DNA of 63,907 bases, the filler included, from Octopus bimaculoides (taxonomy: Eukaryota), in NCBI RefSeq assembly GCF_001194135.2. It is 4 parts of 3 records of this genome, joined end to end, with 100 filler letters (N's around TTAATTAATTAA, not from the genome) between each part and the next. Parts side by side here need not be neighbours in the genome. Positions count along the whole stretch, not along the records: positions 1 to 21,308 come from NC_068997.1; 3 more parts are not named here. One strand, given 5' to 3'. Made by a program: the position numbers and the translations under genes. How positions within the stretch are numbered: position 1 is the stretch's first letter; the number at the start of each line of letters is the position of its first letter. Below are positions 1-12,665 of the stretch, piece after piece. The notes beneath the pieces were generated by a model, which did no database searches, had not been told where the DNA came from, and was given only the letters and a program-made list of their open reading frames with translations.

Positions 1-1647
1 ATTTATATCTTCACTTTATACTTTTACATTTTTATTTTATACTCTTTTATTTCCCGTTTTTTTATGTTTTAATTTTTTAATTTCTTTATTTTTTAATTTC
101 TTTATTTTTCATTTTTAATTTTTAATTTTTTATTTTTAAATTTTTATTTTTTATTTTTAAATTTTTATTTTTTATTTCTTATTCTATTTCTTATTTGTTA
201 CATTATTAACGTGGGTGCTATTATTTCCTATCACTATACTATATTACTACGGTCGAAATGCCCCCAATACTCTGTATTTTGAATTTTAACGTCCAACTCT
301 CCCTCCCTCTCCCATATACTTTATTTCCCTTTTCTTGCTGACATGTTTAATTATTCATTCTTTAAGGTCTTCTATGTTATAATTACCCTTTCCACTTCCT
401 TCACCCTTCTTCATCTAGATAAGTGTATGTAGATAAGTTAATACACTTAAGTTGTAATTCGCTTAGGTTGACCACTCACCACAAGAATATTATGTTTCAA
501 GTTTATTCTGGCCTGACACTACTTATTTACGACCCACCACTGATATAGGCAGACACAGCTCATATATATCTATCCCTTACGACCTTTAAGATCTCTGTAT
601 CTATATCTATTTATCGCTTTATCTTCTTCTTCTACATTTAGTTTTTCCTCACCACCCTTCGCCAACCCGTCTAAATAGCTTAGATGTATCTTACTTTACT
701 ATCCAGATTGTCTCTTATTGTTTCTTAGATTACCCACCCCACCGATTTGACTCCTTTTATGTTTTATTTTTATTTTAGTTTTATTTTTGTATGAATATCT
801 GTGTATTATTTTTTCTTCTTAGTATTTTATATTNNNNNNNNNNNNNNNNNNNNNNNNNNNNNNNNNNNNNNNNNNNNNNNNNNNNNNNNNNNNNNNNNNN
901 NNNNNNNNNNNNNNNNNNNNNNNNNNNNNNNNNNNNNNNNNNNNNNNNNNNNNNNNNNNNNNNNNNNNNNNNNNNNNNNNNNNNNNNNNNNNNNNNNNNN
1001 NNNNNNNNNNNNNNNNNNNNNNNNNNNNNNNNNNNNNNNNNNNNNNNNNNNNNNNNNNNNNNNNNNNNNNNNNNNNNNNNNNNNNNNNNNNNNNNNNNNN
1101 NNNNNNNNNNNNNNNNNNNNNNNNNNNNNNNNNNNNNNNNNNNNNNNNNNNNNNNNNNNNNNNNNNNNNNNNNNNNNNNNNNNNNNNNNNNNNNNNNNNN
1201 NNNNNNNNNNNNNNNNNNNNNNNNNNNNNNNNNNNNNNNNNNNNNNNNNNNNNNNNNNNNNNNNNNNNNNNNNNNNNNNNNNNNNNNNNNNNNNNNNNNN
1301 NNNNNNNNNNNNNNNNNNNNNNNNNNNNNNNNNNNNNNNNNNNNNNNNNNNNNNNNNNNNNNNNNNNNNNNNNNNNNNNNNNNNNNNNNNNNNNNNNNNN
1401 NNNNNNNNNNNNNNNNNNNNNNNNNNNNNNNNNNNNNNNNNNNNNNNNNNNNNNNNNNNNNNNNNNNNNNNNNNNNNNNNNNNNNNNNNNNNNNNNNNNN
1501 NNNNNNNNNNNNNNNNNNNNNNNNNNNNNNNNNNNNNNNNNNNNNNNNNNNNNNNNNNNNNNNNNNNNNNNNNNNNNNNNNNNNNNNNNNNNNNNNNNNN
1601 NNNNNNNNNNNNNNNNNNNNNNNNNNNNNNNNNNNNNNNNTATATAT

Positions 1648-1787
1648 ATTTGAAGAAAAGCAACAAAAATTCAATAGGTTATAGCAGTACGTACGTATCG
1701 TACAAACTTCATTTATTTATAAATGAAGTTTGTACGAAACGTACGTACTGCTATAATCTATTGAATTTTTGTTGCTTTTCTTCAAAT
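1648..1787. repeat. Near-perfect 140-bp palindrome (foldback/MITE-like hairpin)
   Basis: Arm 1648-1716 is the reverse complement of 1719-1787 with 2 mismatches in 69 bp and a 2-nt centre. Confidence 0.9.
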
Positions 1788-2173
1788 TTTATTCAACAAA
1801 TCTCTTGATTTTGTTTTTGGTTTTTACTTTACCAAATCCTATTATCCTCTCCGAACCTCATGTATTTATGATTATCACAAATACCAAGCAAAAGTCGAAA
1901 CTAAGCACAGATTAGTAGGAGCAAAGTTGACTTACTTGAATTTTGCGGCCACTCATTACAACGATGGTAACTGTTACACTGTTGTCATGGCTACAAAGGG
2001 TGGCCGCAAGGATAGAGACTGTGGACAGTAGTGGTAGTAACTATTGATGGCCATAGCTGTTGTAATGGCACGGTAGAGGTAATCGTAACGGTAATGGAGA
2101 TGACACTAGTGCTAAAGATAATAACCGTTTCTACATCAGCCACACAAGGCTCAATACAAATAATATTAACATA

Positions 2174-3365
2174 TCAGATCATCCTATAAATAATGTCCGA
2201 AATATCATATATGTAATTTCTATCAAATTTTACATTATTCTAAAATGTTAAATGGTATTCATTGATACGCATATGAATTAGCGTATCCTTAATATAATTT
2301 AAACCTTCAACTTAATATAATTTTTTTTTTTTACCGAATAACCTCACTGAATTAATAACTAATATGAATCCCTCAAAAGTGGAATATCGAAGGAGAATTT
2401 TAAGGCACATAATGCTTTATGACATTAAAAAAGGAAACATTGCAGCAGAAGCAACGGGAAATATCCATTCTGTTTATGAGGGACGAAAGAAGTTGCAGAG
2501 CATAGTGTGCAAAGTTCTAAAATGGTGATTTCAGCCTGAGAGTGAAGCCACATTTAGAACGCTTTGTTTAGTTTGATAATGAGCTTCTTTTGTCAAAGCT
2601 TGAGAAGGGTAATGTCGTGTCAGTTAAAGAATTGACGAGCAAGTTCAATTCAAGCCACCCAACTATTCACCGCCATTCTCAACAACGTGGAAAGGTGCCC
2701 AAACTCGTAAAATGGATTTCCCATGATTTGATAGACGCCAACCGAAAATCACGAGTGGATATCCGCTCATCTCTTCACTCTTCTGAACGTATCTCACTAT
2801 TTTTGGCCAGATTAGTAACTGGTAGTGAAAAATGGATTTCTTATGAAAATGTGAAGCGACACAGGCAATGGGTTAGTTGTGGAGGACAGGTTAAACCACA
2901 ACCCCAAAAGAACCTTCATACAAAAAGGTTTTCCTTTCTGTTTGGTGGGATTGCATTGGAGTCACTCACTTTGAGTTGCTACCAGCTAATGTAACAATTG
3001 CTGATCAACCCTATTGCCAACAATTAAATTGGGTCTGCTGTGACGGAAAAAAAGGCCTGCTTTAGTGAATCTTGATACAGCAAGGCTCTACACTGCAAAG
3101 GTTACATTAGAAAAAAATCGAAGAACTTGGCTGGGAAAAAGTCTCTCCCCCGCCTTATTCCTCGAACCTCACTCCTTCTCAGCCATTTGTTTCGAAGCTT
3201 ACGAAATCATTTAGACGGATTAATAGTCAAAAACTCATGAGTAGATGGAAAGAAGTCATCGATAATGATGGGAGTTCTATAAAGAATTAGATTTTAATAA
3301 AATGCAAAATTAGATCACTTTTTTTCCCTACCCAAAATTTGGCCATTACTTAAGGGATGATCTGA
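2174..3365 (+). mobile_element. Degenerate full-length mariner DNA transposon
   Basis: 25-bp TIRs TCAGATCATCCTATAAATAATGTCC (2174-2198) and 3341-3365 match at 21/25; TA precedes the left TIR. Frameshifted transposase with mariner motifs (LARLVTGSEKWISYENVKRHRQW; downstream PPYSS/HSKRPEL-like remnants). Confidence 0.9.
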
Positions 3366-3838
3366 TTGCGCAAAAATGTCATATGAAACAAAAAGGAAAA
3401 TTAAGATAGTACATCAAATCGCTTGTTCCATGGTTAATCTGGAAGCGCGTCCCCCAGGAAAGTGTCAGCATCCTAGCGTTAATATTCTGTTAATGTTCTC
3501 TCCTCTCACTGTGACTAGTTTGTCGCTTTCTCCTACCTCATCTCTTTTGTCCTCCCCCTCTTTGCCTCTCTCTCTTCTCTTCTCATTGCCATTTATTATT
3601 TTCCTCTTTTCCCGATCTTCCTTTATGTCTCTATCTGTTTTTCGTTTTTATCTCTTTTTCTTTTTCACATTTACTCTTCTCTTTCTTTCTCTCTCCTCCA
3701 ATTTCTCGACTCGTTACCTCTGTAGGCCAACGTCAAAATTTTTCAGTTCCATTCAATCTTTTCTACTGAAAACTTAGGACATATACAAAACATTAGGAAC
3801 ATTTATGAAACAAAAATAGGGCTATGTCTGAAAGAGAA

Positions 3839-3896
<58 letters not shown>

Positions 3897-5276
3897 CCTG
3901 TTTATATGTATATATATGGATGCATATACATATGTATATATAGTGTATATATGTGTGTATTTATATATGTATATATGATGAAAGAGAATGTTCTCTATGT
4001 GGCTCGTGTGTTCTCGTCTACGTTTGTTTGCAATGTCCTGTACCCAGATATGCACCTATACATACAGGTGGATGTCGGTATGCACATACCTGTACGTATC
4101 TATGCATATACTCATTTACTATTTGTTTTTACATGATTGAACGCAGCGTCTTCCAAAATGTAAGTAGTTTTCGTAAACTCATATCCTCCGACGCTACTCT
4201 ATCTCTTTCTCTTTCCTCCCCCCTCGTTCTTCCTCTGTACTACTACGTATCTCGCTTTACCCCTCTCGTTCTTCCTCTGTTACTACTACGTATCTCTTTT
4301 TCCCCCTCGTATTTCCTCTCTTTCTCTTTTCCTCTCGTTGCTCACCTATTCTTCTACTTCNNNNNNNNNNNNNNNNNNNNNNNNNNNNNNNNNNNNNNNN
4401 NNNNNNNNNNNNNNNNNNNNNNNNNNNNNNNNNNNNNNNNNNNNNNNNNNNNNNNNNNNNNNNNNNNNNNNNNNNNNNNNNNNNNNNNNNNNNNNNNNNN
4501 NNNNNNNNNNNNNNNNNNNNNNNNNNNNNNNNNNNNNNNNNNNNNNNNNNNNNNNNNNNNNNNNNNNNNNNNNNNNNNNNNNNNNNNNNNNNNNNNNNNN
4601 NNNNNNNNNNNNNNNNNNNNNNNNNNNNNNNNNNNNNNNNNNNNNNNNNNNNNNNNNNNNNNNNNNNNNNNNNNNNNNNNNNNNNNNNNNNNNNNNNNNN
4701 NNNNNNNNNNNNNNNNNNNNNNNNNNNNNNNNNNNNNNNNNNNNNNNNNNNNNNNNNNNNNNNNNNNNNNNNNNNNNNNNNNNNNNNNNNNNNNNNNNNN
4801 TATGATGAAAGAGAATGTTCTCTATGTGGCTCGTGTGTTCTCGTCTACGTTTGTTTGCAATGTCCTGTACCCAGATATGCACCTATACATACAGGTGGAT
4901 GTCGGTATGCACATACCTGTACGTATATATGCATATACTCATTTACTATTTGTTTTTACATGATATAAGAGTCAATTGTTTCTTTATGTCTGACTTTATC
5001 ATTTGTATAGTACTCTTTTACTCTTTTACTTTTTGTATCTCTAATGAATTATATCGATTTGGTCCCATCTCTAATGGATTATATCCATTTGGTTCCTTTG
5101 TTCCATGCAAACCAACAGAATAAAACAGATAACGCAACTGTTAGAAATCAACATTATATCGATTGTGTTATTGCGTTTCAAACGCATATTGTATTTTAGG
5201 AAACCATTTTTTAAATTCATAGTCTTTATTTCTCAGTGTTGCTTGTATGAACTTGTATCTATTTATTATCTACTCA

Positions 5277-5632
5277 TCACACTCAGTTGGTTACGATGAC
5301 GAGTGTTCCAGTTGATTCGATCAAGGGAACAGCCTGCTCGTGAAATTAACGTGCAAGTGGCTGAGCACTCCAAAGACACGTTTGCCCTTAACGTAGTTCT
5401 CTAGGAGATTCAGTGTGACACAGAGCGTGACATGGCTAGCCCTTTGAAATACAGGTACAACAGAAACAGGAAGAAAAATTGAGAGAAATTTGTGGTAAAA
5501 GAGTACATCAGGGTTTGCTACCACCCCCTGACGGAACCTCGTGGAGCTTTAGATGTTTTCACTCAATAAACATTCACAACATCTGATCTGAGAATCGAAA
5601 CCGCGATACTACGACCGCGAATCCACTGCCCT
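5277..5632 (-). mobile_element. tRNA-derived SINE, family C
   Basis: Homologous along its length to 39378-39753; B-box-like GGTTTCGATTC on the minus strand near 5590-5605. Confidence 0.8.
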
Positions 5633-5979
5633 ATATATATTAAACTGTTAAGAGTAGATATTAGACCNNNNNNNNNNNNNNNNNNNNNNNNNNNNNNNNN
5701 NNNNNNNNNNNNNNNNNNNNNNNNNNNNNNNNNNNNNNNNNNNNNNNNNNNNNNNNNNNNNNNNNNNNNNNNNNNNNNNNNNNNNNNNNNNNNNNNNNNN
5801 NNNNNNNNNNNNNNNNNNNNNNNNNNNNNNNNNNNNNNNNNNNNNNNNNNNNNNNNNNNNNNNNNNNNNNNNNNNNNNNNNNNNNNNNNNNNNNNNNNNN
5901 NNNNNNNNNNNNNNNNNNNNNNNNNNNNNNNNNNNNNNNNNNNNNNNNNNNNNNNNNNNNNNNNNNNNNNNNNNNNNNG

Positions 5980-6160
5980 TAAACACACAAGCATCTGTTG
6001 TCAAGCGATATTGGGGGGCAAACACAGACACACACACATATAAATATATATATATACATATACACGACAAACTTCTTTCAGTTTCCGTCTACCAAATCCA
6101 CTCACAAGGCTTTGGTCGACCCGAGGCTATAGTAGAAGACACTTGTCCAAAGTACCACGC
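5980..6160 (-). mobile_element. SINE family A remnant, interrupted by an RTE fragment
   Basis: Matches the internal part of 53042-53492; the head is replaced at 6160 by the RTE 3' tail. Confidence 0.75.
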
Positions 6161-6775
6161 AGGTCAGGTATGAGGGACAGGCGCCGTTGCAGTGCATCAC
6201 TGCGTTCACCTTTTTCTGTATTTTCCCGAATCGTCTCGGGTATTAGGGTATTCCTCTGAGCAGTATCCCTGTCAGTTCCTGTCAGCTGGAAATACTTGAT
6301 CGTTAGCCGTGACCATGATGCATGTGTCCAACCAGCACGAGCCATCACTCCATCTGGATCTACAGAGAAGAGAACATGACACACAGGATCGAACTCTGAA
6401 AGTCCAGCAACATGACCAAACACCCTCAGCTGACACTCCCGAATCATACAAGTAACAAGATGCACCCCAGTCTCTGAGTAGAATCGTTGACTGGATACGA
6501 AATGTGACCAATGGTAACCCATAATCCAGCGATGCGTCCTAACCCTAACCCTGGTACCAAAGGAGTGCAGGTGGTCCTTAAGGGCTGCAGAAAGTGTCCA
6601 AGTTTTGAAACTATTGAATGTGACAGAGAAGATCAGAGGCCAGCAGATCCGAACCTTTGTCCTACTGTCCAGAGATCGGCAGCGCCAAACGACTTTATCC
6701 AGTGGGTCGACAACTGCACCAGCACATCCAAGCTTCTTTTGAGACACTAGACTTGGATTGCACCTCGCACTTCTT
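6161..6775 (-). mobile_element. 5'-truncated RTE-clade non-LTR retrotransposon (RT C-terminus and 3' end)
   Basis: ORF 6127-6837 contains RTKVRI..KTWTL..SFGTR..MGYHWSHFVS..RECQLRVFGHVA..DP, typical of RTE C-termini; ends in ACCTG-type repeats. Confidence 0.8.
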
Positions 6776-6970
6776 ATATATGCATGTGTGTGTGTATGTA
6801 TATATGTATGTACGTACGTACGCATGCATGTATGCATGTATGTATATGTGTGTGTGTGTATGTATATATGTATGTACGTACGTACGTATGCATGTATGTA
6901 TGTATGTATGTATGTATGTATGTATGTATGTATGTATGTGTATGTGTATGTATGTATGTATGATTTATTT

Positions 6971-7018
6971 CACTGAATATTTCTAGCACTGAATATTTCT
7001 AGCACTGAATATTTCTAG
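6971..7018. repeat. 16-bp tandem repeat x3 (CACTGAATATTTCTAG)
   Basis: Three exact copies read directly from the sequence. Confidence 0.95.
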
Positions 7019-7795
7019 TTTAAATCATTACCGGTGAAAACAAAACGAACAATTTTACATGTATGTCAGTATTTCAATTTATTTTTCACTGTTAAGCATA
7101 ACCCTCCAATAATGACCGAATTTCTAATAAATTTCGTTTCTCGTGTAAGAGATTTTGCATTTTCGTTTAACCTCTACCGACGTTATAAGCAAGTAAGTTG
7201 CTGAGACGCAAAATTTCGTCCAAAGAGCAAAAAGAAAGATTTTAATTTTGATTTGGCTTTGTAAACTTTGATCAAATTAGTTTAGAATTACCTGCTTAAA
7301 TAGCTTTTAAGAGACCAGAGCTGAAACTCAAATATTAACCTAAAATTTTCGGTGCTTTCTTACGTTGGAATAGACGAAAATTGATTCTTGTAAACTGTTT
7401 ACCATATTCTTCAGAAAAGTTTTCGATGTTACTTTCACCATTATTTTTTAGCTTGAATAACAAATCGTCTCACTTTTTAAGAGAAATCAATCAAATGCAC
7501 TTATTTTATCTCATATATTATTTAGATGATGGGTAACAAGCGTTAAGATTCTGTTTAACTGCTTCTGGTATATAATTAAGACTCGTTATGTTTTACGATC
7601 AAATGCTGTTCAGGTTTTCTTTATGATTCATTCTTTGAAGATCGATAAAATAATACCCGAGTGCTTCATTAGTACTCGGGTAAATTTAATAAATATCCCA
7701 ATGTGTGAATGGATTTCTAAGAGAAGACTAATTTAAAACGAAAAACGTTAGCAATAAATATAAATTAACAAACAAAATATCTGAATTAAATTGAT

Positions 7796-7801
7796 TTTAT
7801 T
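7796..7801 (-). promoter_or_regulatory. Putative polyadenylation signal of the PAN-domain gene
   Basis: AATAAA on the minus strand, about 110 nt downstream of the stop at 7913-7915. Confidence 0.4.
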
Positions 7802-7912
7802 AGTAAAGAAATACACATTTTATCTGATATCATTATTATTAGCAAACGTGATCCTTTGAAGGATCACATTTCATTGAGAAGTAAATAATTTTCAGGTGAA
7901 TTCCATTAAAGT

Positions 7913-8103
7913 TCAGATCAGTTTCTTTAGTAGGCACTTAGTGTTAGTATATGAAAAGGCGGTACATGTAGAAGATATCATACATAACCGTGAACAATCC
8001 AGAACCGAGTGAGCATCCATTTGGGCATCGGTTACAAGGTTGTGATATGGATTTTGTTTGAAGGAAAAAGTTGAATAAGCTGTCTGGCCATTAATTTCTT
8101 TTT
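7913..8103 (-). CDS. PAN/apple-domain gene, terminal coding exon (third PAN domain)
   Basis: Long polypyrimidine tract plus CAG acceptor at 8105-8104 (phase 1). Encodes KEINGQ..SVLDCSRLCMISSTCTAFSYTNTKCLL with C-x3-C-x5-C-x8-C PAN spacing; TGA at 7913-7915. Confidence 0.75.
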
Positions 8104-9089
8104 CTGCAATAGAAGTAAAAGTAATAGAAAGAGGAAACACAAGAAATATAAGAACATAAATGAAATTATTGCTCTTCATTGACAAGGTACAAGGGAAACG
8201 AATAGATGTGGTCTATTGATTCGGTCTGTTGATAATGTTCCGTTTGCAATCTTTAGGTTAGTGTGAGCCGGGAGTGAGTTCCTGAGTGTTGCATAATCTA
8301 GAAAGGCAAGATTGGGAATAATAATTGATGTGGGATCTGGTTGGTGAAATAGTATGTATGACAGGAGAGGGAGAAGGGGTATGTAGCTGATGATCTCGGA
8401 GGTAGAGAGATTCTCGTATTACCAGCGAGACGTATTTGGGCATTTCTGAGCAATTTAGTAATGAAGCGTGCCCAGATTTTTAATGACAACCAGGATTAAT
8501 ATTAATCCATCTGCCAAATTTTAAATGAATTTTTAGATCATTTGCAAGGCTATTAATTATTAATTCACTGCTAACCATTTTTTTAATAAGAATTAAGACC
8601 AAATAGAAATAATAATGTGATGAGAAAGAAAGAGATATTTATTAATTTCTTCATTTTTTTGCGGCAAGAACTAGATCAATGAATTAAAGATGAGGAACAA
8701 AAAATAGAAACAAAGAATACAATAAATAAACAATTAAAAAACGGTCTTACTGTCAACGAAATAATAAGAGTCGAAAATTCTTATACCACATCCTACAGAG
8801 TTAATCTTCTCAAATGTAAGGGACTGTTTGAAATCATTCCAAAGTTCTGAAATGGAATAAAAATAAAATAGTTTCCTATTTCTCGTGTAGATGTGATATC
8901 TTTCATGATTTCTTTAATATTAATCAAGAAATCCTAATCTCTTTAATACAATCGACTTTCCTATTTATATAAGATGATTTTATATAAGAAATCATTTCTT
9001 CTTTAATATACGTTGAGTTTTATTTACTATTAGTTATTTCTAGTATCGGTACAAGGCCTCAGTTATGAAGGGAGGGGACAGACTTTTAG

Positions 9090-10050
9090 AAAGCTTCTTG
9101 GATGTTACTGGTAGCTTTGGAATCGCAATCAAATCTTTGTTTATGTGTAATTAGATCACATTGGATTAGGAAAGCCAATATTTTGTGCAGAACACTTCCG
9201 TTGGTTTGGGTACATCTCAAGCAGCCCCAACTCATAGTGTTTCTATGTAACCTGTAGAGGCTATATCGAGCCGGCAATGTCTACTGGTAGCATAGCCAGG
9301 CCAATGATTTCTGGAAATTATCGATTAGCTCCGGTCCCCAAATGGAAGAGATCAGCTACTTAACGTTTGTCGATGCCCAGAGCCTCCCCAACGACACCGT
9401 CGCTCTTTCCTACAACAAACCATCTGTAGAACATCAAACAGGAACTTCTGTATTGGTTGAGAGGGTTGAGAGCTTCTGTCTACAATCTAGATGTGTCAGC
9501 AGTGGAAAAATGAGTCTGATAAACGGAGACCACACTTGTTGAGCACCAAGGAAACCCTGGAGATGTCGCAGCTTCAGTGTATAGCCAGCTCTCCACTCAG
9601 TGGGTACTGACAACCAATAAAGCGCTTGAACGGTACAAGGTGTTCCTTTCAAAGAAAGCAGACTTCAATCTGTTACAGCGAGAAACGGTATATTGCACGA
9701 TGTTCACGCGATAATATGATGGAAATGTTGTAAGCATTCGGCACCTCTGCTCCACCTTTCAGGGATAACTTCCTCTGGGCTGATTCCTGAGTAAGACTGG
9801 TCACCCTGCTCGACCCAGTTCTTCTCTACTTGGAGACCTGGGCCAAACTAGGCCTCAAGCAATTTATTCAGTGTACAATGACGCTGCTGGACTGATCGAC
9901 GTGCATCTCTAGGTACAGAGCTGTAGAACGATTTTTGTTGCTGTCATTGCCTCGTAGTCCCTTAAAGCAATGCCGATTACCTCGATGCGCCTGATGTCAG
10001 ACACGACGACAGTGCGTTTAATAGAATTATGGTCCGAAAATAATCACGAG
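9090..10050 (-). mobile_element. Degenerate Tx1/L1-like retrotransposon fragment
   Basis: Minus strand reads IDNFQKSLAWLCYQ*TLPARYSLYR..CLRCTQ..SVLH, homologous to 17550-18529 and 59323-59620. Confidence 0.7.
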
Positions 10051-10281
10051 ATTCCTGTTGTTCAGGTCACTTCTCAGCGATGCTACCACTGCTCAACTCA
10101 CAGCATTCTTCTGTTGTGCTACCAGTCCTGGTAAATATCTGCCAAGAGGTCTCCAAACAAGTGTGGCATCCAAAAATAAAGTTCATAGGGTAGAACATCG
10201 AAAACAAAAGATTTTACTTCCAATATTCATTCACTCAACTTTCAACTCCCTTTTTTTGCAGGTGTTGCTTTTCGCAACAAT

Positions 10282-10325
<44 letters not shown>

Positions 10326-10524
10326 ATACATGTTAGGTCGCTTTCGAGTGACACTGGACGTTCTTGCTTATACGTACACACACACACACATACATATCTA
10401 TCTATATATATATATATCTACACATAAGGAAAATAACACAGACATACAAATACAAGAATATTTACACTTAGTCGTACACATTTAAATGTACATATATATC
10501 CACACACATACTCATACGCACACA

Positions 10525-10560
<36 letters not shown>

Positions 10561-10562
10561 TT

Positions 10563-10900
10563 TTTTACTTGTTTCAGTCATTTGACTGCGGCCATGCTGG
10601 GGAACCGCCTTTAGTCGAGCAAATCGACCCCAGGACTAATTCTTTGTAAGCCTAGTACTTATTCTATCGGTAACTTTTGCCGAACCGCTAAGTTACGGGG
10701 ATGTTAACACACCAGAATCGGTTGTCAAGCGATATTGGGGGACAAACACAAACACACATACACATATATATACATATACATATATACGACGGTTTCCGTC
10801 TACCAAATCCATAAGACTTTGGTCGACCCGAGGCTATAGTAGAAGACACTTGCCCAAGGTACCACGCAGTGGGACTGAACCCGGAACCATGTGGTTGGTA
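10563..10900 (-). mobile_element. tRNA-derived SINE, family A
   Basis: Reverse complement of 53042-53492, including the GGTTC(A)GTCCC B-box region and an internal microsatellite; head cut at about 10900. Confidence 0.85.
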
Positions 10901-11142
10901 AAAATTTAAAATAAGATAAAATCGTTATAAGAATTTATCAAGTAGTCAGCGTGAAAAACCTCAAAAAGGGAAAAATTATAATTATTCCCTTTAAATATAT
11001 CTATTTATATTAAGGGCATTTATACACATAAATGCCTCACGCTATGAGGGACTTTTAAAGTCAAAACTACCATAATAAATACAGTGTACCGAACGCGAGG
11101 GAATGCAACTCTTGAAGCGAGCTCCTTAAAAACAGATTCAGC

Positions 11143-11201
11143 CGCATATCATATGATTTCATAATTAGCGCACAAAATGCACTTTATAATCGTCAGTGCA
11201 G
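11143..11201 (-). ncRNA. Hammerhead-like motif upstream of the Penelope-like endonuclease
   Basis: Stem I CTGCA/TGCGG, core CTGACGA, stem II containing hairpin AGTGCAT/GTGCGCT, GAAA, palindromic stem III ATCATATGAT, triplet AUA. Stem II junction is imperfect. Confidence 0.45.
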
Positions 11202-11579
11202 TCATAATCAAGGCACATAAAAATGAACAAAAATCAACATACCAGAACGAACACCAAATGTATCCAACATAGCACATTAGAATTGTTCACTCGTATATGT
11301 CTATGTAAGAGGCGGGCTTTTCGAATTGCATCTCGGTACACGTGTATATTCANNNNNNNNNNCCCTCCAGAAAATAAATATATCATAAAAACTTATTCAA
11401 AAAATCAATAAATCAATAAAAATCAATAAAATGCAAAAGAATAACTAGTAAATGGTATAAAAGGACTACGCACATAAATATAATAATAGTCGACTAAAAA
11501 TAAGATTAAAAATAAGATTAAAAATAAGATAATAATAAATTTGATAATATGAAAAAAGAAATGTAATAATATAAATAAT

Positions 11580-12284
11580 AAGAACAAAATTTGACTAATC
11601 ATTCCTTATGGAGCTCAAGTTAAGACAAAAATTATTAGAGATCTTAAATATAATTGAGCTATTCATTAGAGATAATAAAAAATATTATAACATTTTTCTA
11701 GTGATAATTTTGGAGTTGGTTACTCTACTACTAATAATGTTGGTAATATTATTTCTTCTTCTAATAAATTTAAGCTGAATAAGTTTTACAAAAACAAATC
11801 AAGTAATTTTTCCAATAATAATAATATATATCAGAACATAATTAATTGTATATGTAGAGATAAAAATAAATGTAAATTTTATAACTTTAATTTGGAGGAT
11901 GTAGTATATAAATGTGCAGTGACTTTGCTTGATGATAATAGTATGAATGGTCATGATTTAAATACTATTTACATAGGGTCAACTTCTAACAAAATTAAAT
12001 TACGTTTGGCTCAACATTCTTTTAAGAATAGAAATTTAATTAATTCTACTGGCCTTAATAAATATATATGGGAACTAAAATCTAAAAATATTATGTACAA
12101 TTTAAATTGGGAGATAGTTTGTAAAGCTAAATCTTATCGAATAGGTAGTGCTTCTTGTTTATTATGTACTAATGAATTTAAGGAGATATTATTATCTGAT
12201 AATAAAAAATTGTCTAATTTCCTAGATGAACGAAAAATTAAATGCAGACATAATCTAAATTACTTATATAATAAGTTTAGATGA
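11580..12284 (+). mobile_element. Penelope-like element C-terminus with GIY-YIG endonuclease
   Basis: VVYKC..IYIGST..RLAQHSFKN..STGLNKYIWELK..W.IVCKAKSY..CLLC.NE..KCRH, preceded by CICRDKNKC and degenerate VGYSTTNNVGNII, as in Penelope/Poseidon-type elements. Confidence 0.85.
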
Positions 12285-12474
12285 GTTGTGTATTTATATG
12301 AACCCTCGTTTATGTTACTAATTGTTCTAGTTATAATTTGTAGTAGTAGAATAATTTATTGAACTATTTAATAAGTGGTTCTTCTTTAAATTATATACAT
12401 ATATTTCATATTGGGAAATTTGATTTAGTATAGTCAAATTGAATTTTTCCCTGTAAGTTTTGGAATTTATTCCC

Positions 12475-12517
<43 letters not shown>

Positions 12518-12605
12518 GCATGTATGTCTATACATGCATATATCTATATGTATATGTACATACATGCATCCATACATCCATACATACACACACACACACA
12601 CATAT

Positions 12606-12665
<60 letters not shown>

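Noticed and set aside
1-830. Possible Penelope-related terminal sequence
   Set aside because: Contains GGTCGAAATG but no hammerhead core or recognisable ORF.
3967-4962. About 165-bp direct repeat on both sides of gap 4361-4800
   Set aside because: Near-identical copies flanking a gap; most likely unmerged contig overlap.
8104-8185. Apparent signal peptide MSMKSNNFIYVLIFLVFPLSITFTSIA on ORF 7913-8185
   Set aside because: It is the translated polypyrimidine tract ending in a CAG acceptor, in phase with the upstream PAN exon.
8387-8420. CTGATGA followed by a TCTC/GAGA stem
   Set aside because: GATT replaces GAAA, and stems I and III are absent.
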